Assembly (NCBI GenBank): GCA_951804945.1
Contig: OX638153.1
Span: 80,104,001 to 80,168,000, forward strand
Direction: 5' to 3'
Source: Podarcis cretensis
Taxonomy: Eukaryota
Length of the DNA: 64,000 bases
The notes under the pieces were generated by a model that made no database searches, was not told the DNA's origin, and saw only the letters and a list, made by a program, of their open reading frames with translations. Positions 1-12,810 of the stretch are shown here, piece after piece (within the stretch, counting starts at the first letter, position 1; each line of letters opens with the position of its first letter). Made by a program: the position numbers and the translations under genes.

Positions 1-810
1 AGTAATCCTTGCTCACCCTACCCTCGTCCCTCGGGATGGGGCGCAGATTGGAAGGGGTACGAGCATATCCGTATCTCAATCCCCTTCGCCTATGACATCT
101 GCCCCCACCGCCATACCTTCCTCGCCCCTCCACAGTAGCAATCCCAAGCCCCATACTAGCCTCCATTTACAAAACAGAAAAACAAAACAAACCAAAAACA
201 ATTATACCAAAGCAAACCAATCCCCACCCCATTCAACATCCATCCCACCCCAAACCAAAATAAAACAAAACAAAATAAAAATACATGAATAAAAACCACC
301 ATTCATAGTGGTACAACAAAGTAAAAAGTAAAAACACTTTTAAAACACTTTAAAATATATAAAAACATTTTTGACATTTGCCACAGCGGCACCAGTGTCC
401 TTAATGCTATGACGGTGGTGAGTCTGGGGCCCGCCCCCTGGGTCTGATGGAGTGGGCCTGCAGGAGGGAGCGGCCTTCCCCAGCACTCACAGTTAAGGAT
501 CCGGTCTACTGTCCTGATTCAGTTGCTTGGCCCTGTTTTAGAGTGTAAGCCCCTCAGGGCATCAGGGCTTGCCAGACATTTATATGAATAGTGATATCTA
601 TATAGCATCTGCATTTGAACTGTTGATTAGGTTTTAGTAGTGCCATCTGTAAACACAGGAATGATTGGTGCTGTATTTTTAAACTGCTATTGCATGTCAC
701 CTATCCTGGGTGGATCCTTCTGATCACAGGAACCAAGTATTATTCTTTCAAAGGAAGGTTAGCTATCACTATCAATTGAGACAGGAGTTTTATTAAAAGC
801 ATCAAGGCTG

Positions 811-930
811 GTTGTTGTTGTTGTTTAGTCGTTTAGTCGTGTCCGACTCTTCGCGACCCCATGGACCAGAGAACGCCAGGCACTCCTGTCCTCCACTGCC
901 CCCCGCAGCTTGGTCAGACTCATGCTGGTA
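811..930 (-). mobile_element. BovB (RTE-clade LINE) 3' end
   Basis: agtcgtgtccgactcttcgcgaccccatggac is the BovB/Bov-A 3' signature; (CAA)n/CTAAA tail. Confidence 0.85.
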
Positions 931-1901
931 CACATGACTTACTGGGCGAAGTGGCTGCAGTGTACAAGACTTGCAACTTCCGGGGGAAAGTGTATCAGAG
1001 AAAAAAAGACTACAAAGTGTGACTTATTTCCCCACCCATGCCTTTACAACATATTCAGATTGAAAGATAATTTTGAAATTGCTACCAGCAGATGGCAATC
1101 AAGGACCTCATATTCACCGCAAATGGTAAGTTGGGGGAAATGTCAGTGCTTTGCTGCTTAGGTTTTTCTTTTTCAATCAGTATGTTGAACTAGACAGCTG
1201 AAATGCTGGGGGGCGGGCATTTAAAAAAAGGCACATTACGACGATCACAGGAACACAGGAAGCTGATTTTATACCGAATCATTCCATTGGTCCATCTAGC
1301 TCCATATTATCTACACTGACCAGTAGCTGCTCTCCATGGTTTCAGGCAGGGTTCTCTCCTAGCCTGGAGCCCGTGAAACACAGGAGCTAAGACCATAGAG
1401 AAGAAGAGGAGAATGTGTCAGCATAAAGGTGTCAATGCACATTTAGGAACAATGGCTGTGATATAAATAGTAATGCAATACATCTGAGCATGGTGGGAAT
1501 GACTGAGCAGGCAACTTCAAGGTCCCTGCGGCTCTCCCTACTTGGGGTTCCTTATCTTTAAACCAAATTGGAACTGGACAGCCCTTCAGATAAAGAAGCC
1601 CTTCGAAAAGAGGGTTTGCACTATACAGGAAGGCATATGGCCGCCATGATTGATATAGAGGCTGGCACTGTCTTTTGTTTCTTTCTCGCAGGATGCTGTA
1701 TTCCACTGAGTATTCCACAGTTTACAGGACTGCAGCCAGTCCCATTTGCCTTGTTCTCATGTAGACGTTGGAGCAATTCAGGTGGGTTGTCAGTGAATGA
1801 TTTTGGCAGTGTATGGCTATTCGCTTTGGCAGCAAGAGGTGTAGGGCTACCCACCTCTGATCTCTCAACCACACATGCAGAGCACATTTTTATACGTGAT
1901 G

Positions 1902-2094
1902 CAGTGGTACCTCGGTTTTCAAACGCTTCCATTTTTGAACGTGCCTCAGAAGTTGAATAGCTTCTGTCGAGTTCCCCCCCCCCCAATTTTCTCTATTGAA
2001 TTTGCAGACCGCCCTTTGCACCTCGGTTTTCGAACGTTTTGGAACTCAAGCAGTCTTCTGGATCAGATTGCGTTCAAAAACTGAGGTACCACTG
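1902..2094. mobile_element. Tc1/mariner-pogo MITE (family B)
   Basis: TIR CAGTGGTACCTCgGTTTT...AAAAcTGAGGTACCACTG-TA; interior differs from family A. Confidence 0.8.
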
Positions 2095-2129
2095 TAACCA
2101 TCTCTGGATCAGTGCTAGAGTGAATTTGA

Positions 2130-2420
2130 CTTATAAAGCCTTAAACAGCTCAGGACCGCAATACCTCATCTTTCCATATGAACCTACCCAGACCCTGAGA
2201 TCATCTTCTGAGGTCCTCCTTCGTGTGCCTCCTCCTCGAGTGGTGCAGAAGGTGGGAACATGAGAACAGGCCTTCTCTGCAGTGGCTCCACGTCTGTGGG
2301 ATGCTCTCCCCAGGGAAGTTTGCCTGGCGCCTTCATTATACACCTTTAGGCGCCTGGCAAAAACGTTCCTTTTTAACCAGGCCTTTGGTTGATCTGTTTG
2401 ACATCCTATACCCTTTTAAA
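2130..2420 (+). mobile_element. L2-clade LINE 3' fragment
   Basis: YKALN..GPQYL..YEPTQTLRSS and RAFSAVAPRLWDALP. Confidence 0.8.
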
Positions 2421-2708
2421 ATGTGGCTCTTTTCGGGAGGGGGGGGTATTCGTTAAATAATAATTTCAAATAGCAATATTATTAGGCGTTCCCCAAGTTG
2501 TTCAGAATGGCTTTTCCCCTCCTTAGCTATTTTTAAACCCATAGCCCTCGAAGTTCAAATGCTACAAATGCCAAAGGATGTTTCCTTCCAGATGAATACT
2601 AATTGAATTAGTGATGCATGTGATTAAGCTGGCGGAGGGATTAATACTGAATACAGCATGTAAAATACAACTGAGAGGTAATGTGCATGTGATGTCAGAT
2701 GCAACTTT

Positions 2709-2711
<3 letters not shown>

Positions 2712-2755
<44 letters not shown>
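2712..2755. repeat. (TA)n microsatellite
   Basis: Read directly; others are (CA)n at about 44456, 46953 and 61436, (TG)n at about 50646 and (GATA)n at about 62187. Confidence 0.98.
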
Positions 2756-2758
<3 letters not shown>

Positions 2759-4656
2759 CTCTGAAATATTAATGCATTTCATTATTTAATGATTTATAAA
2801 CCCGACCATTGTTGACATTTTCTATAGCACTTAACACATCTGCTTTGAAATTTCATGCTAAGAGGGTTTGTATCTTTTCAAGTCTTGGCCTAACAACACA
2901 ATCCTAACCATGCCTACTCATAAGTAGGTCTTGTTGAGTTCAATGGGGCTTACTCCCAGAGGTCCTTTACCTTTACCTTTACTCCCAGGTAAGTGCGGTC
3001 AGTATTGTGGTCTAAGATGCTGTTTGCATTTGAGTCGTCTGCCATCACAATAAATACTCAGAAGGAGAACAGGAAAGATACTGTCCTATAGGACTCAAAT
3101 GGACTTAAAAATACTTAAACACATTACCAATCAAAGACATGGTTTTAGGACTAGGATATTTTATTATTTATCCCCACACCCAAGCTAATGAAAGGATTTT
3201 CATATAGAAATTGTGCTCGGAAACGCACTGGGAGCTAATGCAGATCTTTCAGGACTGGTGTTATATGGTCTCAGCCGCCACTCCCAGTCACCAGTCTAGC
3301 TGCCGCATTCTGGATTAGTTGTAGTTTCCACGTAGCCCCACGTAAAGCACACTGCAGTAGTCCAAGAGGGAGATAACCAGAGCAGGCACCACTCTGGCGA
3401 GACAGTGCACAGGCAGGTAGGGTCTCAGCCGGTGTACTCCTTGAGCCACAGCTGTTATTGGAGCTATTGAGATATTGTGTGTGACGTCAGTGGAAAAGGG
3501 TGTCTATTTACAGCGCCAGCTGGTTTGCAAGTTGTGGCCATTCCTGGATCAGAATAGCCTGCTATCAGTTACCCAGGCCTTCGGGATCCCATGTTTGGAT
3601 TGTTGCAATGTGCTTTTACATGGGGCTGCACTTGAAAACAATCTGAAAGCCACCCCTAGTGAAGATAGCAAGATGGGATCATGTATCACCTGTCCTAAAA
3701 GGCCTGCACTGGACTTGATTCAAGGTGTTGGGTTACTAAGCTGTATAGAGGCATGACCCACATATATCTGTAGGAACAGCTCCTCTGATACCTGGCAACT
3801 TTATTCTTAAGATCTACAGGGGAGGCGGGGTCTGATTTCAGTCCCCATCAGGATTCAGGGTAAGGGGATGCATAGAATGTCCATCTGCTTGGGTCAGCTT
3901 TGGGATTTTATTTTTATCTATTTTATTTCAATATGTGTATATCACAGAAATTTCATAGAAATGCAGCAAGGCAGTACAAAATATAGAAAATTACAGTAAC
4001 TTTGATTAAAAACAACAACTATAAAGACATCAAAACATTAGAAAAGCACCCATAAAAGTTGGCTGGGAAGAAAGAGAAATATAGATTTCCAAGACCTGTC
4101 TGAATAATACAGTTTTCACCAGATGGCTGAAAGTAAGCAGGGGTGATTGCTGCCAAAGCTCTGCTAGCAGGGAGTTCCACAGGGCAGGTGGAACCCTTTG
4201 AAATTTGCACTTCTCTGAGTTTTGCAATGCAGATCCCCAGCCAAACAATATGAGCAAAAAAATGCACATACTAGGGTAAAGTGTGCATAAAAATACATAT
4301 ATTAGTGAAAATAACATACAAGAATCCGTTATGCTAGGCAAAATTGCTTTGCAGAAATGTGTATATTAAGAGAAATCTGCACTGAAGTGTAGATGAATTT
4401 TCAGGATTTTTAAAAATAATAATTCAGTAAGCCCACAACTTACTTGCATTTAACTTTTGTTCATTCAGCTTTATGTGGCTGGCAAAATGGGAAAAAGAGA
4501 AAAATTAAGAAAGGGTGGAAAGGGGGTGACATTCTGGGAAAAATGACTTTGACACTCCCATCCACCATTGAACCTAATGTAGAGCTGCCATATGTCCGGA
4601 TTTTTCCCAGACATTACTGGGATTTCAAAAGCAGAATTGACATCCAGGGGGAAATT

Positions 4657-4788
4657 NNNNNNNNNNNNNNNNNNNNNNNNNNNNNNNNNNNNNNNNNNNN
4701 NNNNNNNNNNNNNNNNNNNNNNNNNNNNNNNNNNNNNNNNNNNNNNNNNNNNNNNNNNNNNNNNNNNNNNNNNNNNNNNNNNNNNNNN
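4657..4788. other. Assembly gap (132 N)
   Basis: Run of N. Confidence 1.
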
Positions 4789-5277
4789 CCTCTGGGCAGC
4801 TTCCAACAAAAGATTAAAAATACATTAAAACATCAGACATTAAAAACTTCCCTAAACAGGCCTGCTTTCAGATGTCTTCTAAGCGTCAGAAAGTTGTTTA
4901 TTTCCTTGACATCTGGTGGGAGGGTGTTCCACAGGGCGGCTGCCACTACCAAGAAGGCCCTCTGCCTGGTTCCCTGTAACCTCACTTTGCACAGTGAGGG
5001 AACTGCCAGAAGGCCCTCAGTGCTGGACCTCAGTGCCCATGCTGAACAATGGGAGTGGAGATGCTCCTTCAGGTACACCGTTTAGGGCTTTAAAGGTCAG
5101 CACCAACACTTTGAATTGTGCTCGGAAACGTACTGGGAGCCAATGTAGGTCTTTCAGGACCGGTGTTATGTCGTCTTGGCGCCCGCTCCCAGTCACCAGT
5201 CTAGCTTCCGCATTCTGGATTAGTTGTAGTTTCTGGGTCACCTTCAAAGGTAGCCCCACATAGAGTGCATTGCAGTT
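4789..5277 (-). mobile_element. L2-clade LINE 3' fragment
   Basis: KLQLIQNAEARLVTG...ITPVLKDLHWLPVRFRAQFK and RAFLVVAAALWNTLP are L2 ORF2 C-terminal motifs. Confidence 0.88.
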
Positions 5278-5748
5278 TGTCCAACAACTTTCAGCTTTTA
5301 TCCAAAAAGAAGCTGAACAATTTTAGTGCCCCCCCAAAAAAGTTCAACGATTTTGGGGTCCTCAGGGTGTCCTGGTTTTTACTTTTTGAAATATGGCAAC
5401 CCTACCTAATGGATTTTGACTTTATGCAATTTTGGCTTTGGGAACAGTCATCAGAACATAACCCTGCGTAAGCTGCGAACGTACTATAGTCAAACACTGA
5501 TGTGGAAATGTGGAGACCCAAATTTAAGATTGGAAAAATGAGAAACTAAGAGAAACCACAATTAAGAGATGCACCCATCCCTAACTAGGACCCACCAAGG
5601 TTTAGTCTCCCACAACCTGCTTTCGGTGCCTGCAGCCAACAATGGAATGTTAATAAAATGGGTTCTGAGCATGTGCAGAGTTCCATACATGATAACAGGA
5701 AAATTATTCTGCCCATTAACAAGCAACAAAGTATAGAGAATGCTCATA

Positions 5749-5990
5749 CAGTGGTACCTCAGGTTACATACACTTCAGGTTACATACGCTTCAGGTTACA
5801 CACTCCGCTAACCCAGAAATAGTGCTTCAGGTTAAGAACTTTGCTTCAGGATAAGAACAGAAATCAGGCTCCGGCGGCGCGGCAGCAGCAAGAGGCCCCA
5901 TTAGCTAAAGTGGTGCTTCAGGTTAAGAACAGTTTCATGTTAGGAACGGACCTCCGGAACGAATTAAGTACTTAACCCGAGGTACTACTG
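5749..5990. mobile_element. Tc1/mariner-pogo MITE (family A)
   Basis: TIR CAGTGGTACCTC; TA TSD; internal cttcaggtta repeats. Confidence 0.9.
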
Positions 5991-8418
5991 TATAAGACAT
6001 CTACAAAGACACAGTTGTTGTTGTTGTAAATCGTGCTCATGCATTTATCCAAATTTAGCAAGACTAGATAATAGGAACAAATTTCTCGCACTGGACTTAT
6101 CCCAATTTAAAAAGGCTTAAGGATATATTATATCCCCCCCCCCCCTTCTCATTGTATAAACCAATACGAGTTATATAATGTACATAGATTCACTTACAAC
6201 TGGATTCCAGATGGTAATAGGGTATTAAGCCAAAGCTATACAATTGCAATCGGGCAGAAAGGAGGTCAGGATTTTATTTTGGTTTGAATTATCCAGAACC
6301 TTGTAAGTGAAAAGCATGCAGAAAGCAAGTCCAGGACAGCACTTAAAGGGAGAGATGACTTTCCTGTGATTAGCCTTTTCCTTAGATAGGTGATAGGCAA
6401 TGAATACACATCAATAAAAGTAGGAGACTATTTCTTTATTATACTTGTTCTATACAAGTCTCCTTTCCGGAATCCAACATGTACAGAATCAGGTAATATA
6501 GCGTTACAAGTTTGTGCAGAGGTAGGCTATATGCCTGAGCCCCCTTCTAATTCCTGGATCCAGCACAGATTCAATTGCTGGAATAGCCAGGCTAGCTTCC
6601 TGGTGAGGTAATGGCCCTATAAGTATGTCATGTGACAAAGGTCATTTGAGAGCAGAAGCAGTAAAGTGTTGGAAAATGCTGAAAAGTGCAGATTCATTCT
6701 TCTAGCTGATTCACTCTGACTCATTCCTTATACAAATATTGTTTCATTTACAGGAAGTCACACGGAGCCAGGAAGGATAAATACATGGGCTCAATGGGCT
6801 CCTTATTTATTTTTGTTTGTATAGATTGTGTGAAGAAGCCGGTTTGCCTCAGTAAAGTTTTATTCATTTACTGTGAAGACTCTGCGTTTTGACTTCACTG
6901 CACGACAAAGTATGGGGCCTTAAGATAACAAAGGAAGTGGCTCTGTGCCAGATAGCAAATGGGTGGGTCCCCTCTGTCAGGAGTTCAGCCTACACTCGAG
7001 TAGGACCCTGGCAGAGACACATGCCCGACTGGCATGTTCCCTCCCTCCTGGTCGATCGTTCGGCAGCTTCAAAAGCTTTCTTCAGCCTGAACATCACAGC
7101 GACCGATGCCAATAGACACCAGCATACTTAGGGATCCACAGAGTGTTCGCAGTTTGCGTAACAGACCTCAGCAACTCAGCATTTTGGCTAATCTACTTTA
7201 TTTACATATAAACACACACGGAGCACTGCAACATGCCTCCCTCTCTCTCTAGCATCAGACAGCAAAGAGAACAAGGACAAAGGACAATAGCCCCACGGAA
7301 CACAGTAACACAACTCACAAAGGCTAGAGTTGGGAGTTATATGAGTGAGCTAGAAGCTGGCAGGCCGCAAGCTGGGTAGCTGAGAGACAGAGCCATGCCT
7401 GATTGCTGCTGGAATCTACGGCTGTGGCTATGGAAGAAGCAAGACCCTCTTGGGGTCTTAATGCTCCACTGTAGGCTTAGGTTGTATATGTGTGTCAATA
7501 AACTATATACCATATTTCATAAAGACATCACAGTCTCGGCTGTCTCTCATTCCAAAGAAACGAAAACCCCTGGAAAACCCTGGAATCTTGTGCCACTCAG
7601 AGGTTGGGGTGGCATGCAACAATATATATTTCCTTTAGCTCTCCTTCTAATGCAAGCGTGGGCGACATTCAGGATAGCTCTATGCATTCCAGGAGACTCG
7701 GCACTGCACCATTTCGTAGCTAGCGGGCCATTTAATCAACATAAATTGCTTGCACTGGATACTTAAGTCCCAGGGACTACTCAGCACATCACCATATATC
7801 AAAACTGAATAGATAAAACACATAAAGTCAAAGTCATCTTGCTTTTTTCTTCCTTTCTCTGCATTTATACAATGATATTTTTCCCCTGCAGTTTTACCCA
7901 GGGCAACATCAGTCAATTTATTTCACCATATTTTTTCAGTTTTGTTTTTGTTCTTAACCTCTCAATGAACATTTTCTACAGCTCTTTCGGAAGCTACCTG
8001 TACCCAATGAAAGCAAGCATTTTAGAGAATCACACACACCTCTTTCTTGCTCACAAGGTCACGTGCTCTCCTTGCAAAAATTTGTATGCACTTTTGATTT
8101 TTGATGGGGGTGGGGTTACATTTTTTCTGGACTGTTCTTCCAGCAACTTATTAATTTCATATCTAGAGGTGTGAAGGCACAGCAGGAGGACAGCGCTGGA
8201 GAGAAACATTTCTTTGCCCTCCCCTGCCATAATATATTGGAAACAATTTGGAAAAACCAAGGGGGAAATCAACCTGCCCAATTTGTCGATTTTTTTATGG
8301 GCCTTCACACCTCTATTCATATTATTTAGGATCCCTGTAAAGATTCTGCAGTAATGAAGAAGTCAACAGTTTGTTTGGCAATCAAACATAATGAATGTAA
8401 GGTAGAATTAAACCAATA

Positions 8419-8660
8419 CAGTGGTACCTCAGGTTACATACGCTTCAGGTTACATACGCTTCAGGTTACAGACTCCGCTAACCCAGAAATAGTGCTTCAG
8501 GTTAAGAACTTTGCTTCAGGATGAGAACAGAAATCGTGCTTCGGCAGCGTGGCGACAGCAGGAGGCCCCATTAGCTAAAGTGGTTCTTCAGGTTAAGAAC
8601 AGTTTCAGGTTAAGAACGGACCTCCGGAACAAATTAAGTACCTAACCCGAGGTACCACTG
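8419..8660. mobile_element. Tc1/mariner-pogo MITE (family A)
   Basis: Same TIR and TA TSD; aligns with 5749-5990. Confidence 0.9.
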
Positions 8661-8895
8661 TACTGCACTTGCTTCCTCTGCCAACCCAACAGAAGTCCCC
8701 AAATCCGTCTTGCTTGCTCCCTTCCATCTCTGTGTGGACAACTGCTTTTTCATAGCTTTGCTCTTTCAAGTGCCACAGTGGTGGAGCATGGGCTTCCCAG
8801 GCAGTAGTAGGTCCCAGTTCATCTTCCAACATCTCCTGGTTGCGCCGGTCAACTCTCCCTGTCCAAAAACCTGGAGTACAGCTGTCCATCCAGTG

Positions 8896-9145
8896 CAAGG
8901 GTCAGCAGACTTTTTTAGCAGGGGGCTGGTCCACTGTCCCTCTGAGCTTGTGAGGGGCCGGACTATAGTTTTTTGGGGAAAATGAACGAATTCCTATGCC
9001 CCACAAATAACCCAGAGATGCATTTTAAATAAAAGTACACATTCTACACATGTAGAAACACGCTGATTCCCGGACCGTCTGTGGGCCGGATTTAGAAGGC
9101 GATTGGGCCGCATCTGGCCCCTGGGCCTTAGTTTGCCTACCCCTG
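8896..9145. mobile_element. hAT MITE
   Basis: CA(A/G)GGGT termini; 8-bp TSD atccagtg. Confidence 0.88.
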
Positions 9146-12100
9146 ATCCAGTGTATGCAATACTGTACTCCAGAAAAATGGTCTGACTTGCCATAAGGCA
9201 TTCAGCTCTGGTACCTGTTTTGAGGAAATCCAAGTACTCTCTGCTGCTGCTGCCTCCTTGAGCTTACTAGATGGTAGAAAGGTGCTGATGTGCCTGGCTG
9301 TGCTATTCTTTAAAAAAAAAAAAAAATCCACTTGGGCCTAGCCCTGAGTCAGGAGTGACTTCCACTCTCTCCTTTCCTCCAAGGGCCAATTGCCTCCAAC
9401 CCCAACGTAACATCCCTATGCAATGCAATGCCAGATACCACAGGTTCTTAAGGGGAAGGAGAGGTGTTGCAGCCTCTCAGCGGCGAGTTTCTCTATTCAG
9501 CACCAGTGTCATCCGCAGTGGCCCCAGGCCCTGGTTCTTATCCAACCATTCTGATACCAGGCCTGATGAGAAGGTCCTTTGTGTTCCTAACTAGGCTACT
9601 GACCTGAGGCTGGCTTGACTTTTCAATCCATATCTCTGGGGTAGAGAACTTGTTGCCCTCTGGTAGTTGTTGGAATACAACTCCCATCAGCGTGAGATAA
9701 CATAGCCAATGGTTAGAGGTGATGGGAGTTGTAGTCCAACAACATCTGGAAGGTCACCTTGCCTTACTGAGAAGTGAAAAATGGTCAAAACCTTCAAATA
9801 TGGTCAAAACCTCCAAAAATTACAACCGCATACCACTCTGCGCCGTTCTCCAAACTCGGCGATGAGAAACTTAAAAACCCCTCTTTATAAAAACATATTT
9901 AGACATTCCTATTGCACGACCCCAATTCAATTTAAACTGTCAAATCTTTGTCTCAAAGCCACCTTTCTATATGTGCAAGACTGACTGATTTGCATGCAAA
10001 GGCTGTGTAGCTGAACAGATGGATTTGACAGCTAGCGCATATTATTTCACACCCAATGGCAGCATTGTTAAGTGGAAATCTTGTAAACCTGGCTACTGTT
10101 ATCTTAGCCCCTTGTTTAGTAATATTGGCAGCTTGTCTAAGGCTCATTACGCACACGCAAGATTAGCTTTGCGAGCGAGACAGGAGTGTCTGGAGACAGA
10201 AGTGTCGAAACAGCACCTTTATTTGTTACGAAGCAGGGTTTATATCCAGGATATCAGCATTCTGAGGGAAATCAGTATCTTTCCTGAGTTTTGCAGGCAG
10301 GAAACAAGGAACCCAAACCAGGGTTGTCCTCCAAACATTTCTGGTCACAGATAAATTTCTAAGGCCAATCCACAAGATGGGATTGGATATTCCATACTTG
10401 ACACTTGCATTGCTAATGAAAATAGAATGTGTAAGAGACTGATGCTAAAGCACATGGGAATCAGTAACTGGAAAGTGGACTCCTTTACATTACTGCTCTG
10501 CCATCTTCAGTTGAAGGGCGGTATATAAATTTAATAAATAATAATTATAATAATGACATTCCTAGGTCTGGTTGGTTTATTACTTACTCTGGAGAAAAGA
10601 GGATGTTGTGGGACATATTGCAGAGCCAAAGATGGGATATCTAAGGGTAAGGGAGGGGTGGGTGAATTTGTCCATTTCAGTTCCTCATTTTTTTCCACTC
10701 CAGTTTTCAACATTTCCACATCAGTTTGTGAGCTGTTGTTGTTGTTTTTATATAAAAAGTCCTCATGAAAATTCAGCAGCATTTCAGTGCTAATTCTCCT
10801 AATATACAGATCTTTGCATACTATTTGGCTTAATGTGCACATTTTTACAAACCAATTTCTCCTAAAGTAATACATTTATGTAGGTTATTTTCACTAATAT
10901 GTACACTTCACTCCAGTACATGCATTTTTTAAAACATTACTTGGCTGTTTCAGAAAGATTGAATCAGGTAGGTTCACCTTTAAATGTGAATGTAATCAAT
11001 CCCCCCCCCCCATCCCTAACTAAGAGCAAGTTACTATCTACCTTCAGCATCACCACACATTTCAATTGAAAGCACCGGCAATGATGGACCATGCCTGCAA
11101 AGCAACTGAGCAGTGGCGCCTGGATTTCCATTGACAAATAATCCAAGTCTATGAACCTTAGATTTCAGCTCCGCTTGGGAATAGCACAGCTCGACTGGCT
11201 GAAAGTGAAACAGCACCCAAGCTTGCCATTTACAAAGCCTTTAGTGGATTTACACAACACACAAACCATCTTAGTTACACGTCATATTGAACTATTGGGT
11301 TCTGCTTTGCCTAGCATTTTTACAGCTATCGTAACCTTTTACTTTCTGCAATAAACTGATGTGCTTCATAAACAGCGATGCCCCCAGAGCAAATCTTTGT
11401 CTCCTGGTGTCCTTGAGTGTTGGAAAATTAAGACAAGAGCTCTCAAGCCCCCGAGATCCTTCTCATTGAGAAGAATTTCCTGCAATCTGCAGATAGACGT
11501 GGAATAGCTCTACAGAATATGCATCCCTCCAGCATCTTCCTTCCTGCAATCAGGGTAGCACACTGTGGAAGTATGATTTTAAAAAACCATAACTGTACAA
11601 TCAGTCTAGAAATTCGCCCCGTTCATGCCTCTGCTTTCAACCTTTGAAGTCAACCAAGCCTGTGCAACTGGATTATCCTGAATAGCTAATCAATTGTTTG
11701 TGCTGTGCTACAATGTTGGCCTGCATCTGTTGTTATTCTGGCCATCACTATTACGTGGGCTGAAAACTGTTGCTCACCTTGCTTTTGCTTTATGGACAAA
11801 ATTAGAATGCTTTCCTGATATTATATTATATCCTCCCCCCCCCCCAATCAAATCTCAAGACAAAAACCTATGGATAGGGCTATTTGCCTGCAATTTATCC
11901 AGCTTCTTTCCTAGGGACAGTTCTCTCAATTTTCAGAACAATTGCTCATGTACACTCATATCCATTTGTAGCACAGAAAATGTAGCTTTTCTTCATCTGG
12001 AATCTTTCAAGCTAATCCTCAACATGCTGCTTTCAATCTTGATTTACCCTAGATCCTGCCATCAGAATAGGTGCAGTTGTTTGATCCACGCTTGAAAGCC

Positions 12101-12810
12101 TTCCCTTTGATTTGAAAGCCTTCCCCCAAAGGAGAAAGTGGTGGTGGCAATCTTGGCATATGCCCACCCACAATGTTATTGGGCAGGTCAGCCCACACCT
12201 CATTGCCAGGACTGTCGCGAAATTCCTCGCGGCGCTTTCAGCAGAAACGCTAAGAGTCCCAGGTTTTTCCCAGTGCAGTCTTTTAATGTGAGGTATATAC
12301 AGGTATTTACAAAAGAGACAGTCCATACAGAGTACTTACAAACGAATACTCTCCACCACAGCACCACCACACTACAGCACAACCACTACAGCAACCACAC
12401 CCACTGTTAAACAGGCTTTCCTTTTTAAAACAGGTGATTGCTAATCACATTAATCACACTCCTGCTGAGTCACTCTGACTCAGCACTTCACAGAGTATTG
12501 CATCATCCTGTTGAAGCCTGCAGACTTATTCAGTATCCTGCGAATCCCAACAAGGACCTCGCCTATTTTGGTTTCCATCTGTTTTAAAATGGACATACTG
12601 TAGGGAAAAGGCAGAATCAATCTGCAACGAACTCCTATCTTTGGAATTAAACCAGTTTCTCAAGAAGGGCTTCAGGGACAAGAAAATATGCTGTAGATGG
12701 TATGTATGTGAACTACATAGAAAAAGCAAGTGATTCTAAAACAGCAGGTGAGAAGTTTGGGGATTCCTATTTTACCCACCTCTGTCATAATTGCCATGTT
12801 TACTATTTTC

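Larger units (their letters stand above)
4580..5404. mobile_element. hAT-like element spanning the gap and an L2 insertion
   Basis: TAGAGCTGCCATAT...ATATGGCAACCCTA termini flanked by cctaatg. Confidence 0.55.

Noticed and set aside
2527-2536. MEF2 consensus CTATTTTTAA
   Set aside because: A single AT-rich motif is expected by chance; no supporting evidence in the window.
4444-5085. 213-aa and overlapping ORFs
   Set aside because: Artefacts of translating through the N gap and antisense L2 sequence.
6975-7621. LTR-like fragments (also about 18900-19310 and 1-375)
   Set aside because: Repeat-like composition but no matched termini or TSD that I could confirm.
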